Shown here in pieces: positions 34,930-45,375 of a stretch of 64,000 nt of DNA. Origin of the DNA: Kiritimatiellia bacterium. Its GTDB lineage: Bacteria; Verrucomicrobiota; Kiritimatiellia; RFP12; UBA1067. A model generated the notes under the pieces. The model worked only from the letters and a program-made list of their open reading frames with translations. It was not told where the DNA came from and made no database searches. Where the stretch lies: assembly GCA_050949565.1 (NCBI GenBank), contig JBMNFY010000017.1, forward strand, positions 1,632,001-1,696,000, written 5' to 3'. A program made the position numbers and the translations under genes. How positions within the stretch are numbered: position 1 is the first letter of the stretch; the number at the start of each line of letters is the position of its first letter.

Positions 34930-37900
34930 ATGAACATGAGCTGCATGAAAAATGTGTTTAAGAGGCTGTCGGTTCCGTTCGCGGCCTGCGGGATGTTGAT
35001 GGTCGCCACGGCGGCCTTGGCGCAAGATTACGGAGACATCCAGCGTATCTTCAAACACGAGGAGGGGGATCCCAAATATGCGGCACCGATCACAACGCCC
35101 GGTGAGACGGTGAGCTTCCGTATCCGGTTGTTCAGCCTCGCCGGGAATTTCGACAAGGTGTATATCGGCGGCGGCAGCGTAACTTACGATGAGGTTTACA
35201 ACCCGCTCATGATACGAATCGTGACCGGGCAGGGGCTGACGTACGCCAGGTTGTCTGGTATCAGCGCGATCAACGGTGAGCAGACCGACCTCGAGTTCAC
35301 CTACACGGTGCGTCCCGGTGACATGGCGCTACCGATGACGCTGTTCGGCAGCGCGGGTGCCGCAGGCACAGGTGACGCTTATCAGTTCTTGAACAACCAA
35401 AAATGGGCCATCCGTAATACGTCCGGCAGTAATGTTGTCTGGCGCTTCGTCCAGAGCCCGGTCAATGCCGATCCTACATTTGCCAAAGCCAACGTCCGTC
35501 TGCAGACGGTCGAATTCGAGCATGCGGATTGGGAGGTCCAGAAGACCACCACGCGACTGAACTGCTTGGTGCGGACCTCGACGGGCCAGCCGGTCTCCAA
35601 CACCGTGCCGCTCTACGTGTGGTCGGGTAACACCAACATCGCTCGGATCGTCGAGCAGCAGCCGGGGCAGCCCTCGGCGGCGGTGACGTTGCAACCGGGG
35701 CAAAGCGAGCGCGCTTTCCGTATTTACGGTCAGAACGAAGGAACGACGCTCATCTACCTCAGCCCCGTGCCGACCATGACGCCCGGCGTCACCAACTATA
35801 TCACCAAGACGGTCACTGTGACCCCGCCCCCGCCGCCGACGGTGGGTATCGCTCTAGACAGCTCGCTAGAGCCGGACGAACTCGGCTACGTGACGCTCAC
35901 AGAATCAGACGCGATGGATAAGCCGCTGTGGGTCACGCTCTCTGAACCTTATCCGCAGGACATCACGGTGCAGTTGGATGTCTCGCCCAATGCCGGCAAT
36001 ATCGCGTTTGACGCCTCACCCAAGACGGTCGTGGTTCCCAGTAACACGACCCAGTCGGCTGCGATCGCCTTCGCTGCCGCCGACGGCACCCCCCTGACGA
36101 GTTCGGCAGGGGTTACCATCACACCGATAATCCTTGGGGCAGCCGCCAGCAACTATTTCTACAACACCCCGTCCGTGGCGAAGATCAAGATCCGTAATGC
36201 GGCACCGACCTTCGACATACCGGTCGACGGATCGACCAGAAACGTGTACACCATGCGAAACATCCCGTTCGACTGGCAGATTCGGGACGTTGCGGCCGAC
36301 GTGGCCGCCGGTATAACCAACATTTGGGACTTCGGCGATGGCTCCGCCGATGTCGTGCAGGTCGGTGCCTCGGGGACGCACACCCACATGTATCTGAGCC
36401 CCGGCACCTACACGGTCAGGGTGTACGCCAAGGATAAGGACGGCGGCATCTCATCCACTGCCGTTTTCACGGTGAACGCCTCCCCCGCCCAGCCCGCGCC
36501 TTACGTCGAACCGGTGCTCAGTCGGCCCAGTTTCGATGAGACCAACGGCATCGGCGAGGTCTCGTTCGGGCTGTCACGCGACTATCCCGAGGATGTCTAC
36601 GTCCGGCTGGAAATTGAGCCCGCCGACCAGAGTAACGTGGTCTTTGAGACGTTGGGGCCGATCCCAATCTGGCAGGGCGAGACGAATTCCGTTGCCCTGA
36701 GGTTCCAAATTCTGGACGGCAATAGCCTCAGCAGTGGAGGCAACCTTATCTTCAAGCCGGTCATCACCAATGAGGCCGCTTTCGGATTCTTCACAGCGCG
36801 TTCGCGCCGTGTGCCGATCGAAAACGTACCGCCCATTGTCACGCGCGTTTTGGGTCAGCGCGTCGGCCAGATCACGAACAACGTTTCGGTGCCGGCTTCG
36901 GTGCCCAAGGTCTTCCCCTTTGAGGTCGCGGACGTCAACGCCGACCTCAATCCGGTCAGGACCTACTGGGATTTCGGTGACGGCACCTCCGAGGTTGAGG
37001 CGTTGGCTGTCTCCAATCGAAACGGCTTTGCCATCGGTTCGATCACCCACACCTTCACGACGCCCGGTGTCTACCCCGTCACCGTCCGTGCGGAAGACAA
37101 AGATGGCGGCTCCTCAGAAATAGAGTTCTATGTCTATGTGGCCGGTGCGCCTGCGGTCCGCATTCTGCCGCCTCCCGGGCCTATCTCCGAGAAGCCGAAC
37201 ACCGGCGAGAAGGACTATATCGTTGTGCAACTCACGTCGGCATACACCAACGCCGTGACGGTACAGTTGGATGTGGCACCTAGCAATTCGGCTGTCAATG
37301 GCACTCTGACCTTGATCCAAGATCAGGTGGTCTTCCCTGCCGGTATGATCGGTCAGGTCCGCGAGCAGAAGGTCTATATCGCCGACATCAAGGACGGCAC
37401 TGACCGATCGGCGGGTTACGGGTTCACGATTACGCCTTCCGTGATCGCGACGCCCGGAGCGGTCGCGTTTTACGACGGCAATTACTCTCCCGCCATTGTG
37501 CAGGTCCTGAATGAGGCTCCCGTGATTACAGCGCCGGTGGCGTCGGACATTCACGGAACCACCGTGGCCTATACCATCGCCCAAGATACCGACCATGCCT
37601 TCTACTGGAACATCAACGATGTGCAGCCAGACTGTTCCGGCACCAACATGCGCGTCACGTGGCAATGGGGTGATGGTTCGTCCACCGTCGTGTACGGCAA
37701 GAGCGGCAGTGTCGTCCATAACTACACGGGCGTCGGCGACAAGATCATCCATGTGATTGCCGAAGACAAGGACGGCGGGCGCGATGATGTCTACTTCAAG
37801 ATCCGCGTGGCCCCCTCCAAGCAGGTCAACGTTTCGCCGATCGGACCGATCATCGGCGCCGACTACGCCAGCGCACCGGGCCTCGGCTACGGCATGATCT

Positions 37901-40900
37901 TCTCGCCGGACGCGGCTTCCCGCTACATCGAGAACAACGTTTACCACTTCCGCTATGATCCGACGGCAACCTCCGCCGAGCTTGTGGCGGTACCCTACAA
38001 GACGTCATTTGACGGCGATGGCAACATTGTGCCTTATCGGGTCACGAACTATATCGCCCGGGTGACGGGCCTTCCCGGCAAGACCGCCTTCGGCCAGCCG
38101 AACGGACCGGAGATGCAGTACGACAGCTTCGTGTACGTGTGGCGTGGCTCTACCGAGGCACTGGGGCCTCAGGCGTTCATCTCCGTCGCGAAGCCGAGCG
38201 TGCTGGTCAACCTTCCTGAGGGTGGTGAGACCAGTGGCGAAGGCAACGCGCCGGCTCCTAAGGCGCTCGAAGTGGATGCTATCTTCAGTCGCGAATGGCG
38301 TCCCTCCGACAACTGCGGTGACATCAGTAATGACGGCATTCCCGATCTCATCGCCAACTATTACGGTCTGCCCGCGCTGGTCGGCGGCGATATGGCGAAC
38401 GCAGCCGATTACAACGGCGATAACGATTTCCTGCCGGGGGCGGCGGCTGACGAAGGCGGTATCATCGGCGGTATGGGGAATGTGTTCGGAACCGTCGGAC
38501 GGCCCTTCACGGCCTACTTGGAAGTACGCGGTTTCCACCCCGGCCTGAACCGGATCGATTACGGTTCGGACGATGACATGTCGCCTGAAGAAGAGGCGGC
38601 CGGTGCCCTGATCGGCCCGCAGACACAACCGGCGACCAAGGGTGCCGAGCGCCCGACCGACCCGACCAAGGAGGATACGGACGGCGACGGTTATCCGGAC
38701 GGTTGGGAGTACTTCTTCTGGTACAATTCGCTGGTGAATAGAATCAACGGTGTGCGTTACAATCCGTTGGATATCGCGACCGGCATAGAGATCCCGTGGA
38801 CGGATATCTATCTGAAGTTCGACCCGCTCGTCGCGGCGACCGATAAGCTTGAGGAGCGTGACCTTGATGGTGACGGGCTCACCGACTTCGAAGAGATGGT
38901 CATCGGTACCAACCCGATCCACTGGGATACTGATGGCGACGGTATATGCGACGGATGGGAGATCATGCGCGGTCTCGATCCGACCGATGCCCGTGATGCG
39001 CTTAATCCCGTCTATAACAATCCGGACGGCGACTATATGGCCATCTCGGTGGTGAAGCGCGATCTGGTGACCGCGCTGGACGGCGAGACCTATCTGGAGG
39101 ACGCCGACGGCAACCTGACGACGTGGTACCGCTACGGTTCCACGAACGAAACCACGCCGATCGCCGTGGGCCGCCCTGTTACGGGCGTGAATCTGGACGG
39201 CGATGTCGAAGCGGTCCCGGTCAATGCGCTCATCCTGCACTTCCAGGTCTATCACGAGTTTGGTTTTGATCCGCGCACGGCTTGGTGCGGTTCGGTCGGG
39301 CGCATGCCGGACTACGCGCGCAACCATCCCGTACCGGAGGGCTGGGCCGAGATCAGCAGCGCGCCGGGCTTCGAGCGCTTCGGCGCTTGGCTTGAAAGCG
39401 ATGCGGCCAACACGCGTCCCTTCACGTCGCTCGACGAATACTTGCTGATGAAGTTCATGTCCGAGCTACGTCTTGCCGGAGCGGGCGAGAGCATCGGCGG
39501 ATCCCGTAGGATCGCCGAAAAGACGGCTGATTGGGCGCGTTGGTCAACCCATCCGCTCACGCCGGACACGGACGCCACCGCGACGCGGATGGACGGTGTG
39601 CCAGACGGCTGGGAACTCTATGTTGCGTGCAGTCCTGGCACCTATGAGATGGGCATCTCGCCGTGGTCGCCTGAAGACGGCGATAACGATTCAGACGTAG
39701 GAGATCCGGTGGGCGACGGACTCACGGTCCAGCGTGAATTCGCGGGTACGGACTCGGTGGTCGGCTATGCGAACCCGGCGCTTTACGGCGCGGGGCTGGC
39801 AACGGTCTCGATCACGCGCCCTGCCATTGACGCGAACTGGATCAACAAGTTCTGGCCGACCGATCCGTGGGCGAAAGACACCGACGGCGACAAGCTGAAC
39901 GACGCCGCCGAGCGCGCCTTCATGTATGGCACGCCGGTCGACAACGGTTCGACCTGTATCGTCGGCGGTGGGCTGAACCCCTGCTCGATGGACACCGATC
40001 TGGACGGCCTGCCCGATGCCTTTGAGGTTGAATTCACGGGTACGTACCCCGCCGCTTCCGACGGAGCGATCACCGACGGCATGAACGGTACCGTCGCTGA
40101 CGCCAGCGAGGACTGGGATAAGGACGGTCTCTTGAACTATCAGGAGTATTATGTCCAAGCGGTGCGTCACTTCCGCTATGACGTTCCGACCAACGACCTC
40201 ACCGCCGCCAATTCAAGGTCGGGGATGGCTCAGGTCGGCGTGCCGATCGATGCCACGTTCCATCCTTCCAGCCTCTTCACGCGTGTCGACAATACGTGGG
40301 ATGTCGCCCGCTATCCGTGGGGTGACAAGAACCCGCAGCTCTGGGTGCTGCTGCCGGTAGGCCACGCCAACCGGTATATCTGCACCGACCCGCGTGATCA
40401 CGATACCGACCAGGACGGCATGGACGACTACTACGAGATGTTCCACGGCCTCAATCCGATTCTCGGTGCGGGTATTTTGGGCAGCGGTCTGGACGACCGC
40501 GTCGGTCGGGCGTACATTCAGGACGGTGGTTGGACCATCGACTACGGTTCACTGCTCATCGGCAACGACTGGGGCGCTGGTCTGCCCATGGACTTCGTGA
40601 ACTATCCGTGGCTGGCGGGTATGCCGTATGCTGATCCGGATGCCGATGGCTTGAATAACTTCGAGGAGATGCTTCTGGCCAACACGTCCGCGCCGGCGCA
40701 CTCTAATACCGACCCAACGCCGCTCTGGATGACCGATCTCGGCTTCTTCCCGCTCATGGGCTTTAGTCCGGAGAGTCTGACGGTGCGCTTCTATGGGCCG
40801 AACGGTGCCAGCTTTAGTGGACCGCGCATGTTCTTCTGGCCCGGTACGCGGATGCTACCGGATAACTATCAGATGTTTGACTTTGAGATGACGGAAGGGT

Positions 40901-43900
40901 TCGATACGGACAACGACGGTATCTCTGATAAGGCCGAACTGCTACAGGGCCCCAGCGGCAAATCGGATCCTCAGGATCATGACGATCCATTCCGCCGTCA
41001 GGCACTGTGGCTGGACGGTGTTCAGTCGGCTGCGCAGACGCTTACCGGGTTCAGCTACGATCCGTGGTCGTTGCTGAGCTTCACGGTGGAGCTGTGGGCC
41101 AAACCGGAAGACCTCAAGAGCGACACACAGGTGCTGATCGAGCGTCCTATCGTCTATACGCAGTCGGATCTCAGCACACCGTTGGCGTTCGTCCGCCGTA
41201 ACTTCCAGATCGGCATCCAAGGCGGCTCCGGGCGTGTTTTCGCCCGCTTCGAAAACGCCGGCATGCACGATGACGAAACCGGCATGGTCATTGCCGAAGG
41301 CCGCGCTCTCAAAATCAACGAGTGGGTGCATATCGCGGCCCGCATGGATGGTAATACGGGACGCTTTACGTTGTTGATCAACGGTGAAGAGGAGCAGATT
41401 GTCGACACGGATCTGTTGCCGGCCAATGGCGTGGTCAATCTGGCGATCGACCCCACCCCAGGTACCTCTGAACAGAGTGTTTATGATGTGGTAACGCCCG
41501 GTGTCATCGTTGTTGGTGCGGCCAATAACGATCCGGAGGCCCTGCCCGATTGGAGTGTGTACTCCAGTTTCTATCAGGGTTACGTGGACGAGGTCCGAAT
41601 CTGGGACGGCGCCCGTACCACCGAAGAGATTCGGGCTAACTACCGCAAGCGTTATCTCAAGGCTGATCTCCTCAGCAACCGCGAGGCGGTCGCGCGGCAG
41701 CGCGGCAGCGGTTACTCGCGTGTGATTGGTGATTCGCGGCAGTTGATGCCGGAGTTGCTCTACCACTACACGTTCGATAACCTCTTCAGCGCCGCGAGCA
41801 CCGCGCATGTCGCGACGGCGCCGCGCGGGTTCACCAGCCCCGACGTGACGATCAACAAGCCCAACGGCGGCGTGCCCGTGCCGTGGTGGGATTCCGTCTA
41901 CGGCATGGTGAACAGCCAGGTCTACACGGAGTACTCATATATCCCGTGGATCGAGAACGGTGTCCACCACCTGCCTGCTAGGTCGGGTCAGGTGCTCAGC
42001 TCGGTCTATTGGGCGCTCAATAGCACGGCCGGTGTGCCGGCGGACAACCGCTTCCCGTTCAGCAACGATCCCCACACGATGTGGTATCGCTCGCAGCCGA
42101 CAGCAGGTGCCAACGTTCAGATCAAGAGCGACCTGTTGCCGCTGGGTATGGCTTGGGCTAAGCAGACCGACGTGATGTGGGATGACCAGGGGGCCAGCAG
42201 CAACTGGACGGACTCCTCTGTCGATACCGACAATGACGGGCTGCCCGACTGGTGGGAGGATCTCTACGGACTGGATCCCAACAATGCCAACGGCGCGAAC
42301 GGCTGGTACGGCGATCCGGGTGATACTGGCGTGTCCAACGGTGAGCGCTATCTGCGTGATCTGGCCGCAGGTTACCTGCCCGGCGACACGCTGGGGTCGC
42401 CGAGCGGCCCGGTCCAGACTGCCGACTCCGATGATGACGGCATGCCCGATTGGTGGGAGCAGTTGTACGGGCTCGACCCGAACGACAGAACAGGCGAAAA
42501 TGGTACGTACGGTGATCCGGACGGCGACGGGCTCAGCAATTATGCTGAATATCTGATCTCCAGCACCCCCGGATATCCCATGGTCAATCCGCGCCTGTTC
42601 AGCACCACACGAACGGTTTCGGATTACTTCCTGAAGAAGGGCTCGCTCTATCTGGGCGAAATCTTCTCGGACCATGACTTCATGGAAGATACGTGGGAAA
42701 ATCAATACAACAAGGTCTCGCCTTGGGCTTACGATCCGCATCTTGATGATGACGAGGATGGTTGGTCGAATTGGGCTGAAGCGCGTTACTCCGCGGCGTT
42801 CGTGCCTGTCAGCCCTGACATTGGTGCGAGCCTGGAGCCGCTCGGCACGGACAAGTATGAGTTCCCCGTGCCGGTGGTCGAAACATTGCTGCGTTACAAC
42901 GGCCTCAGACTGAACAGCGGTAATGAGACAGACTATCAGGTTGTCATTCAGGCTTATGATAATCCTTCTATGGACGGGCCGCCGGACGCCGTCTTTAAGT
43001 TGGATCGTACGGCAACCCCGAGAAGTCTGCCGCTCGGTGCCTGGTCGGCCCGCGTGGTGTCAGGGACATTGTCGCCGGGCAACGTGGAGCCTGGGACCCT
43101 CGCGTTGGCCTTTACAGATAGCTGGACGCAACAAACTATGGAGACCGGTTTTGACCATGATGGTATCATCTATTCCGGTGCGATTACGGGCGCTAGAACT
43201 CCGATCGGGAAGATCAACTACCTGACAGGCGAGTTTGAGATTGATCTGACCTTCTACATGAACGACATTATCGTGCCGACAGGGACTCAGGATCCCTCAA
43301 CGGTGACGCGCGATCAGTACATCGATTGCGAAGTGTCGACGATTACCGTCAGCTACACCTCCAAGATGAGCGGGGTGTGGCCGCAACACCTCTACTTGGG
43401 CCGTGCCGACAGTGGTTACCTCCGTGAAGGTGAGAACTACTTCTTTGCCTTCTTGGACATCGATGGCAACGGCACATGGGACCCCGGCGAGCCTTGCGGG
43501 ATGCCTCATCCCTTCGCGACGCAGATCGGCTGGGACCGCAACGAGATCACCATTGAGCTGACCGATTACATGCAGGGATATGTGCGGATGGCGATCCCCT
43601 CGGGTGTGCGCTCTGAGGACGTCTTCCGTGGGGCGGCGGGTGAAGAAGGCGGCGGGTTTGGCGACGGGCAAGCAAGTGGTGCGTTTGAACAGCGCGTACG
43701 TATCCTTCGGACCGGTGTTGACGGCCTGAAGCAGTACCAAATGCTGGTCTTCGATAAGGTGGTTCGTGCACCCAACGCGTGGCTGAATGAAGCTTCCTTC
43801 TGGGCTCAGGGCGACCTCACCTTGGACTGGGGCCTGCCCAACGTGAATCCGCAAGAGGACCGCACACATCTGTCATACGAAGTGTTCTTGGGCGAGACCA

Positions 43901-45324
43901 CCACGTTCACGAATGGTGCGGTTGCGTCCTTCACCAACACGTTTGACGCGACGCGAGCCAAAGCCGTGGCAGTCGCTCCGATCGGCGGTGCGCATGTGCC
44001 CTCGGCACGGCCGACCTTCAGGTGGCGTCTGCCGGACGGGTCTGAGACCAAGTACCCGGTGTTCGCGCTCGAGATTCGTCTCGGCTCGCAGCAGGGTACG
44101 GTGATGTACGAGTCCGGTCCGATGCCTGTGCCCCCGCGTAATGAGGAGGGCGAGTTCGTCTGGGAGGCGCCGATTTACGCAAATTCGCGCCTGCCGAACG
44201 GACAGGTCTTCCAGTCGGGCAAGGTGTATTATTGGCGCGTGATTGCGATGAACGCTAAGTTCAGCAATACCAGCAGCAACTGGTCGGATTGGAAGGTCTT
44301 CCGTCTGAACGTGAACGCACCGATGCAATCCTACGGATATGGCGCGGCGGAAGCGCGTGTCAAATACTACGGGCCGGCCACGGCCATGCTGACGGGCCGC
44401 GTCAGGGTCCAGGCTTACCGTACAGCCTCGTTCACGGGGCTGCCGGATGCGGAGTATACGCTGGCCGGAACCGATCTCGCAGCGCTCACAACGCTCGCGG
44501 CGCCGGTTGTCAATGCACGCCTCTACGGATTGCGGCAGAGCAGCGCGGTTGGCCCCTACTACCTGCGTGCCTACATTGATCACAACAATAACGGTGTGCG
44601 CGACCCGTGGGAGTCGTGGGGCTACGCGAACTACTATGGTGCTGACGCGGAAATGCCGTACACGGCGCGTCCCGTGGAAGTGCACTACGGCACGATTGCG
44701 CCATGTGTGGACATCGTGATCGAGGATGCCGACACCGATCAGGACTGGGTGCCGGATGCCTGGGAGTACGAACAGAACCCGACGGGTGATTTCCTCGGCC
44801 ACATTGGGCCAGCACCCGCCGGTGCGACAGGCGATCCCGAATACGATCCGGCGGCCGCCGGCGTATCCTCAGGCACGGGATTCTTCGCGGTGCTCGCGCT
44901 GGGCACGACGGACCAGGACGGCGACGGACTGGGTGACCTGCACGAGCTGTTGCTGGGGTCGGACGCGAATTCGGCTTCGACCGCCGCCGACGGGTTTACC
45001 GACGGCGCCAAGGTGGCTCTGGGGCTTAACCCGGCCGACAAGCTAAGCCTGAATCTGACGGATCTCTCGTTCACCGATGGCCAGTCTGTAGTGGAGTGGT
45101 CGGTCGAGGTCGAAAAGAGCACTGCTACGAGGACACAAAGCCTCGCGCCGATGGTGACCTACGAGTTGCTGTATACGCCGAGTCTGGCGAATCCGCAGTG
45201 GCAGGTGGTGCAGAGCGGCACAGTGAGTCTTGATGGCGGCCTGCAGAGGCTGACCAATCAGGTCAAGGCGGCGGTGTCTGTCGATCCGACGCAGGGCTTC
45301 TTCCGCGTGCGGCTGAGAAAGTAG
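34930..45324 (+). CDS. Giant (~3,460 aa) secreted/surface protein: PKD domains, DxDxDG Ca-binding repeats, LamG-like domain
   Basis: Signal peptide (ALA-QD); three WDFGDG/WGDG PKD motifs; many D(T/S)DGDG..D.WE repeats; 'SFTVELWAKP..WVHIAA..YVDEVRIWDGART' LamG; ends GFFRVRLRK; AGGAG RBS. Confidence 0.88.
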   Translation: MNMSCMKNVFKRLSVPFAACGMLMVATAALAQDYGDIQRIFKHEEGDPKYAAPITTPGETVSFRIRLFSLAGNFDKVYIGGGSVTYDEVYNPLMIRIVTGQGLTYARLSGISAINGEQTDLEFTYTVRPGDMALPMTLFGSAGAAGTGDAYQFLNNQKWAIRNTSGSNVVWRFVQSPVNADPTFAKANVRLQTVEFEHADWEVQKTTTRLNCLVRTSTGQPVSNTVPLYVWSGNTNIARIVEQQPGQPSAAVTLQPGQSERAFRIYGQNEGTTLIYLSPVPTMTPGVTNYITKTVTVTPPPPPTVGIALDSSLEPDELGYVTLTESDAMDKPLWVTLSEPYPQDITVQLDVSPNAGNIAFDASPKTVVVPSNTTQSAAIAFAAADGTPLTSSAGVTITPIILGAAASNYFYNTPSVAKIKIRNAAPTFDIPVDGSTRNVYTMRNIPFDWQIRDVAADVAAGITNIWDFGDGSADVVQVGASGTHTHMYLSPGTYTVRVYAKDKDGGISSTAVFTVNASPAQPAPYVEPVLSRPSFDETNGIGEVSFGLSRDYPEDVYVRLEIEPADQSNVVFETLGPIPIWQGETNSVALRFQILDGNSLSSGGNLIFKPVITNEAAFGFFTARSRRVPIENVPPIVTRVLGQRVGQITNNVSVPASVPKVFPFEVADVNADLNPVRTYWDFGDGTSEVEALAVSNRNGFAIGSITHTFTTPGVYPVTVRAEDKDGGSSEIEFYVYVAGAPAVRILPPPGPISEKPNTGEKDYIVVQLTSAYTNAVTVQLDVAPSNSAVNGTLTLIQDQVVFPAGMIGQVREQKVYIADIKDGTDRSAGYGFTITPSVIATPGAVAFYDGNYSPAIVQVLNEAPVITAPVASDIHGTTVAYTIAQDTDHAFYWNINDVQPDCSGTNMRVTWQWGDGSSTVVYGKSGSVVHNYTGVGDKIIHVIAEDKDGGRDDVYFKIRVAPSKQVNVSPIGPIIGADYASAPGLGYGMIFSPDAASRYIENNVYHFRYDPTATSAELVAVPYKTSFDGDGNIVPYRVTNYIARVTGLPGKTAFGQPNGPEMQYDSFVYVWRGSTEALGPQAFISVAKPSVLVNLPEGGETSGEGNAPAPKALEVDAIFSREWRPSDNCGDISNDGIPDLIANYYGLPALVGGDMANAADYNGDNDFLPGAAADEGGIIGGMGNVFGTVGRPFTAYLEVRGFHPGLNRIDYGSDDDMSPEEEAAGALIGPQTQPATKGAERPTDPTKEDTDGDGYPDGWEYFFWYNSLVNRINGVRYNPLDIATGIEIPWTDIYLKFDPLVAATDKLEERDLDGDGLTDFEEMVIGTNPIHWDTDGDGICDGWEIMRGLDPTDARDALNPVYNNPDGDYMAISVVKRDLVTALDGETYLEDADGNLTTWYRYGSTNETTPIAVGRPVTGVNLDGDVEAVPVNALILHFQVYHEFGFDPRTAWCGSVGRMPDYARNHPVPEGWAEISSAPGFERFGAWLESDAANTRPFTSLDEYLLMKFMSELRLAGAGESIGGSRRIAEKTADWARWSTHPLTPDTDATATRMDGVPDGWELYVACSPGTYEMGISPWSPEDGDNDSDVGDPVGDGLTVQREFAGTDSVVGYANPALYGAGLATVSITRPAIDANWINKFWPTDPWAKDTDGDKLNDAAERAFMYGTPVDNGSTCIVGGGLNPCSMDTDLDGLPDAFEVEFTGTYPAASDGAITDGMNGTVADASEDWDKDGLLNYQEYYVQAVRHFRYDVPTNDLTAANSRSGMAQVGVPIDATFHPSSLFTRVDNTWDVARYPWGDKNPQLWVLLPVGHANRYICTDPRDHDTDQDGMDDYYEMFHGLNPILGAGILGSGLDDRVGRAYIQDGGWTIDYGSLLIGNDWGAGLPMDFVNYPWLAGMPYADPDADGLNNFEEMLLANTSAPAHSNTDPTPLWMTDLGFFPLMGFSPESLTVRFYGPNGASFSGPRMFFWPGTRMLPDNYQMFDFEMTEGFDTDNDGISDKAELLQGPSGKSDPQDHDDPFRRQALWLDGVQSAAQTLTGFSYDPWSLLSFTVELWAKPEDLKSDTQVLIERPIVYTQSDLSTPLAFVRRNFQIGIQGGSGRVFARFENAGMHDDETGMVIAEGRALKINEWVHIAARMDGNTGRFTLLINGEEEQIVDTDLLPANGVVNLAIDPTPGTSEQSVYDVVTPGVIVVGAANNDPEALPDWSVYSSFYQGYVDEVRIWDGARTTEEIRANYRKRYLKADLLSNREAVARQRGSGYSRVIGDSRQLMPELLYHYTFDNLFSAASTAHVATAPRGFTSPDVTINKPNGGVPVPWWDSVYGMVNSQVYTEYSYIPWIENGVHHLPARSGQVLSSVYWALNSTAGVPADNRFPFSNDPHTMWYRSQPTAGANVQIKSDLLPLGMAWAKQTDVMWDDQGASSNWTDSSVDTDNDGLPDWWEDLYGLDPNNANGANGWYGDPGDTGVSNGERYLRDLAAGYLPGDTLGSPSGPVQTADSDDDGMPDWWEQLYGLDPNDRTGENGTYGDPDGDGLSNYAEYLISSTPGYPMVNPRLFSTTRTVSDYFLKKGSLYLGEIFSDHDFMEDTWENQYNKVSPWAYDPHLDDDEDGWSNWAEARYSAAFVPVSPDIGASLEPLGTDKYEFPVPVVETLLRYNGLRLNSGNETDYQVVIQAYDNPSMDGPPDAVFKLDRTATPRSLPLGAWSARVVSGTLSPGNVEPGTLALAFTDSWTQQTMETGFDHDGIIYSGAITGARTPIGKINYLTGEFEIDLTFYMNDIIVPTGTQDPSTVTRDQYIDCEVSTITVSYTSKMSGVWPQHLYLGRADSGYLREGENYFFAFLDIDGNGTWDPGEPCGMPHPFATQIGWDRNEITIELTDYMQGYVRMAIPSGVRSEDVFRGAAGEEGGGFGDGQASGAFEQRVRILRTGVDGLKQYQMLVFDKVVRAPNAWLNEASFWAQGDLTLDWGLPNVNPQEDRTHLSYEVFLGETTTFTNGAVASFTNTFDATRAKAVAVAPIGGAHVPSARPTFRWRLPDGSETKYPVFALEIRLGSQQGTVMYESGPMPVPPRNEEGEFVWEAPIYANSRLPNGQVFQSGKVYYWRVIAMNAKFSNTSSNWSDWKVFRLNVNAPMQSYGYGAAEARVKYYGPATAMLTGRVRVQAYRTASFTGLPDAEYTLAGTDLAALTTLAAPVVNARLYGLRQSSAVGPYYLRAYIDHNNNGVRDPWESWGYANYYGADAEMPYTARPVEVHYGTIAPCVDIVIEDADTDQDWVPDAWEYEQNPTGDFLGHIGPAPAGATGDPEYDPAAAGVSSGTGFFAVLALGTTDQDGDGLGDLHELLLGSDANSASTAADGFTDGAKVALGLNPADKLSLNLTDLSFTDGQSVVEWSVEVEKSTATRTQSLAPMVTYELLYTPSLANPQWQVVQSGTVSLDGGLQRLTNQVKAAVSVDPTQGFFRVRLRK

Positions 45325-45375
45325 TACGGGCGCGGCTGGCGTCAAACGCCAGCCGCCTCCCCTTCCCGGAGTGGT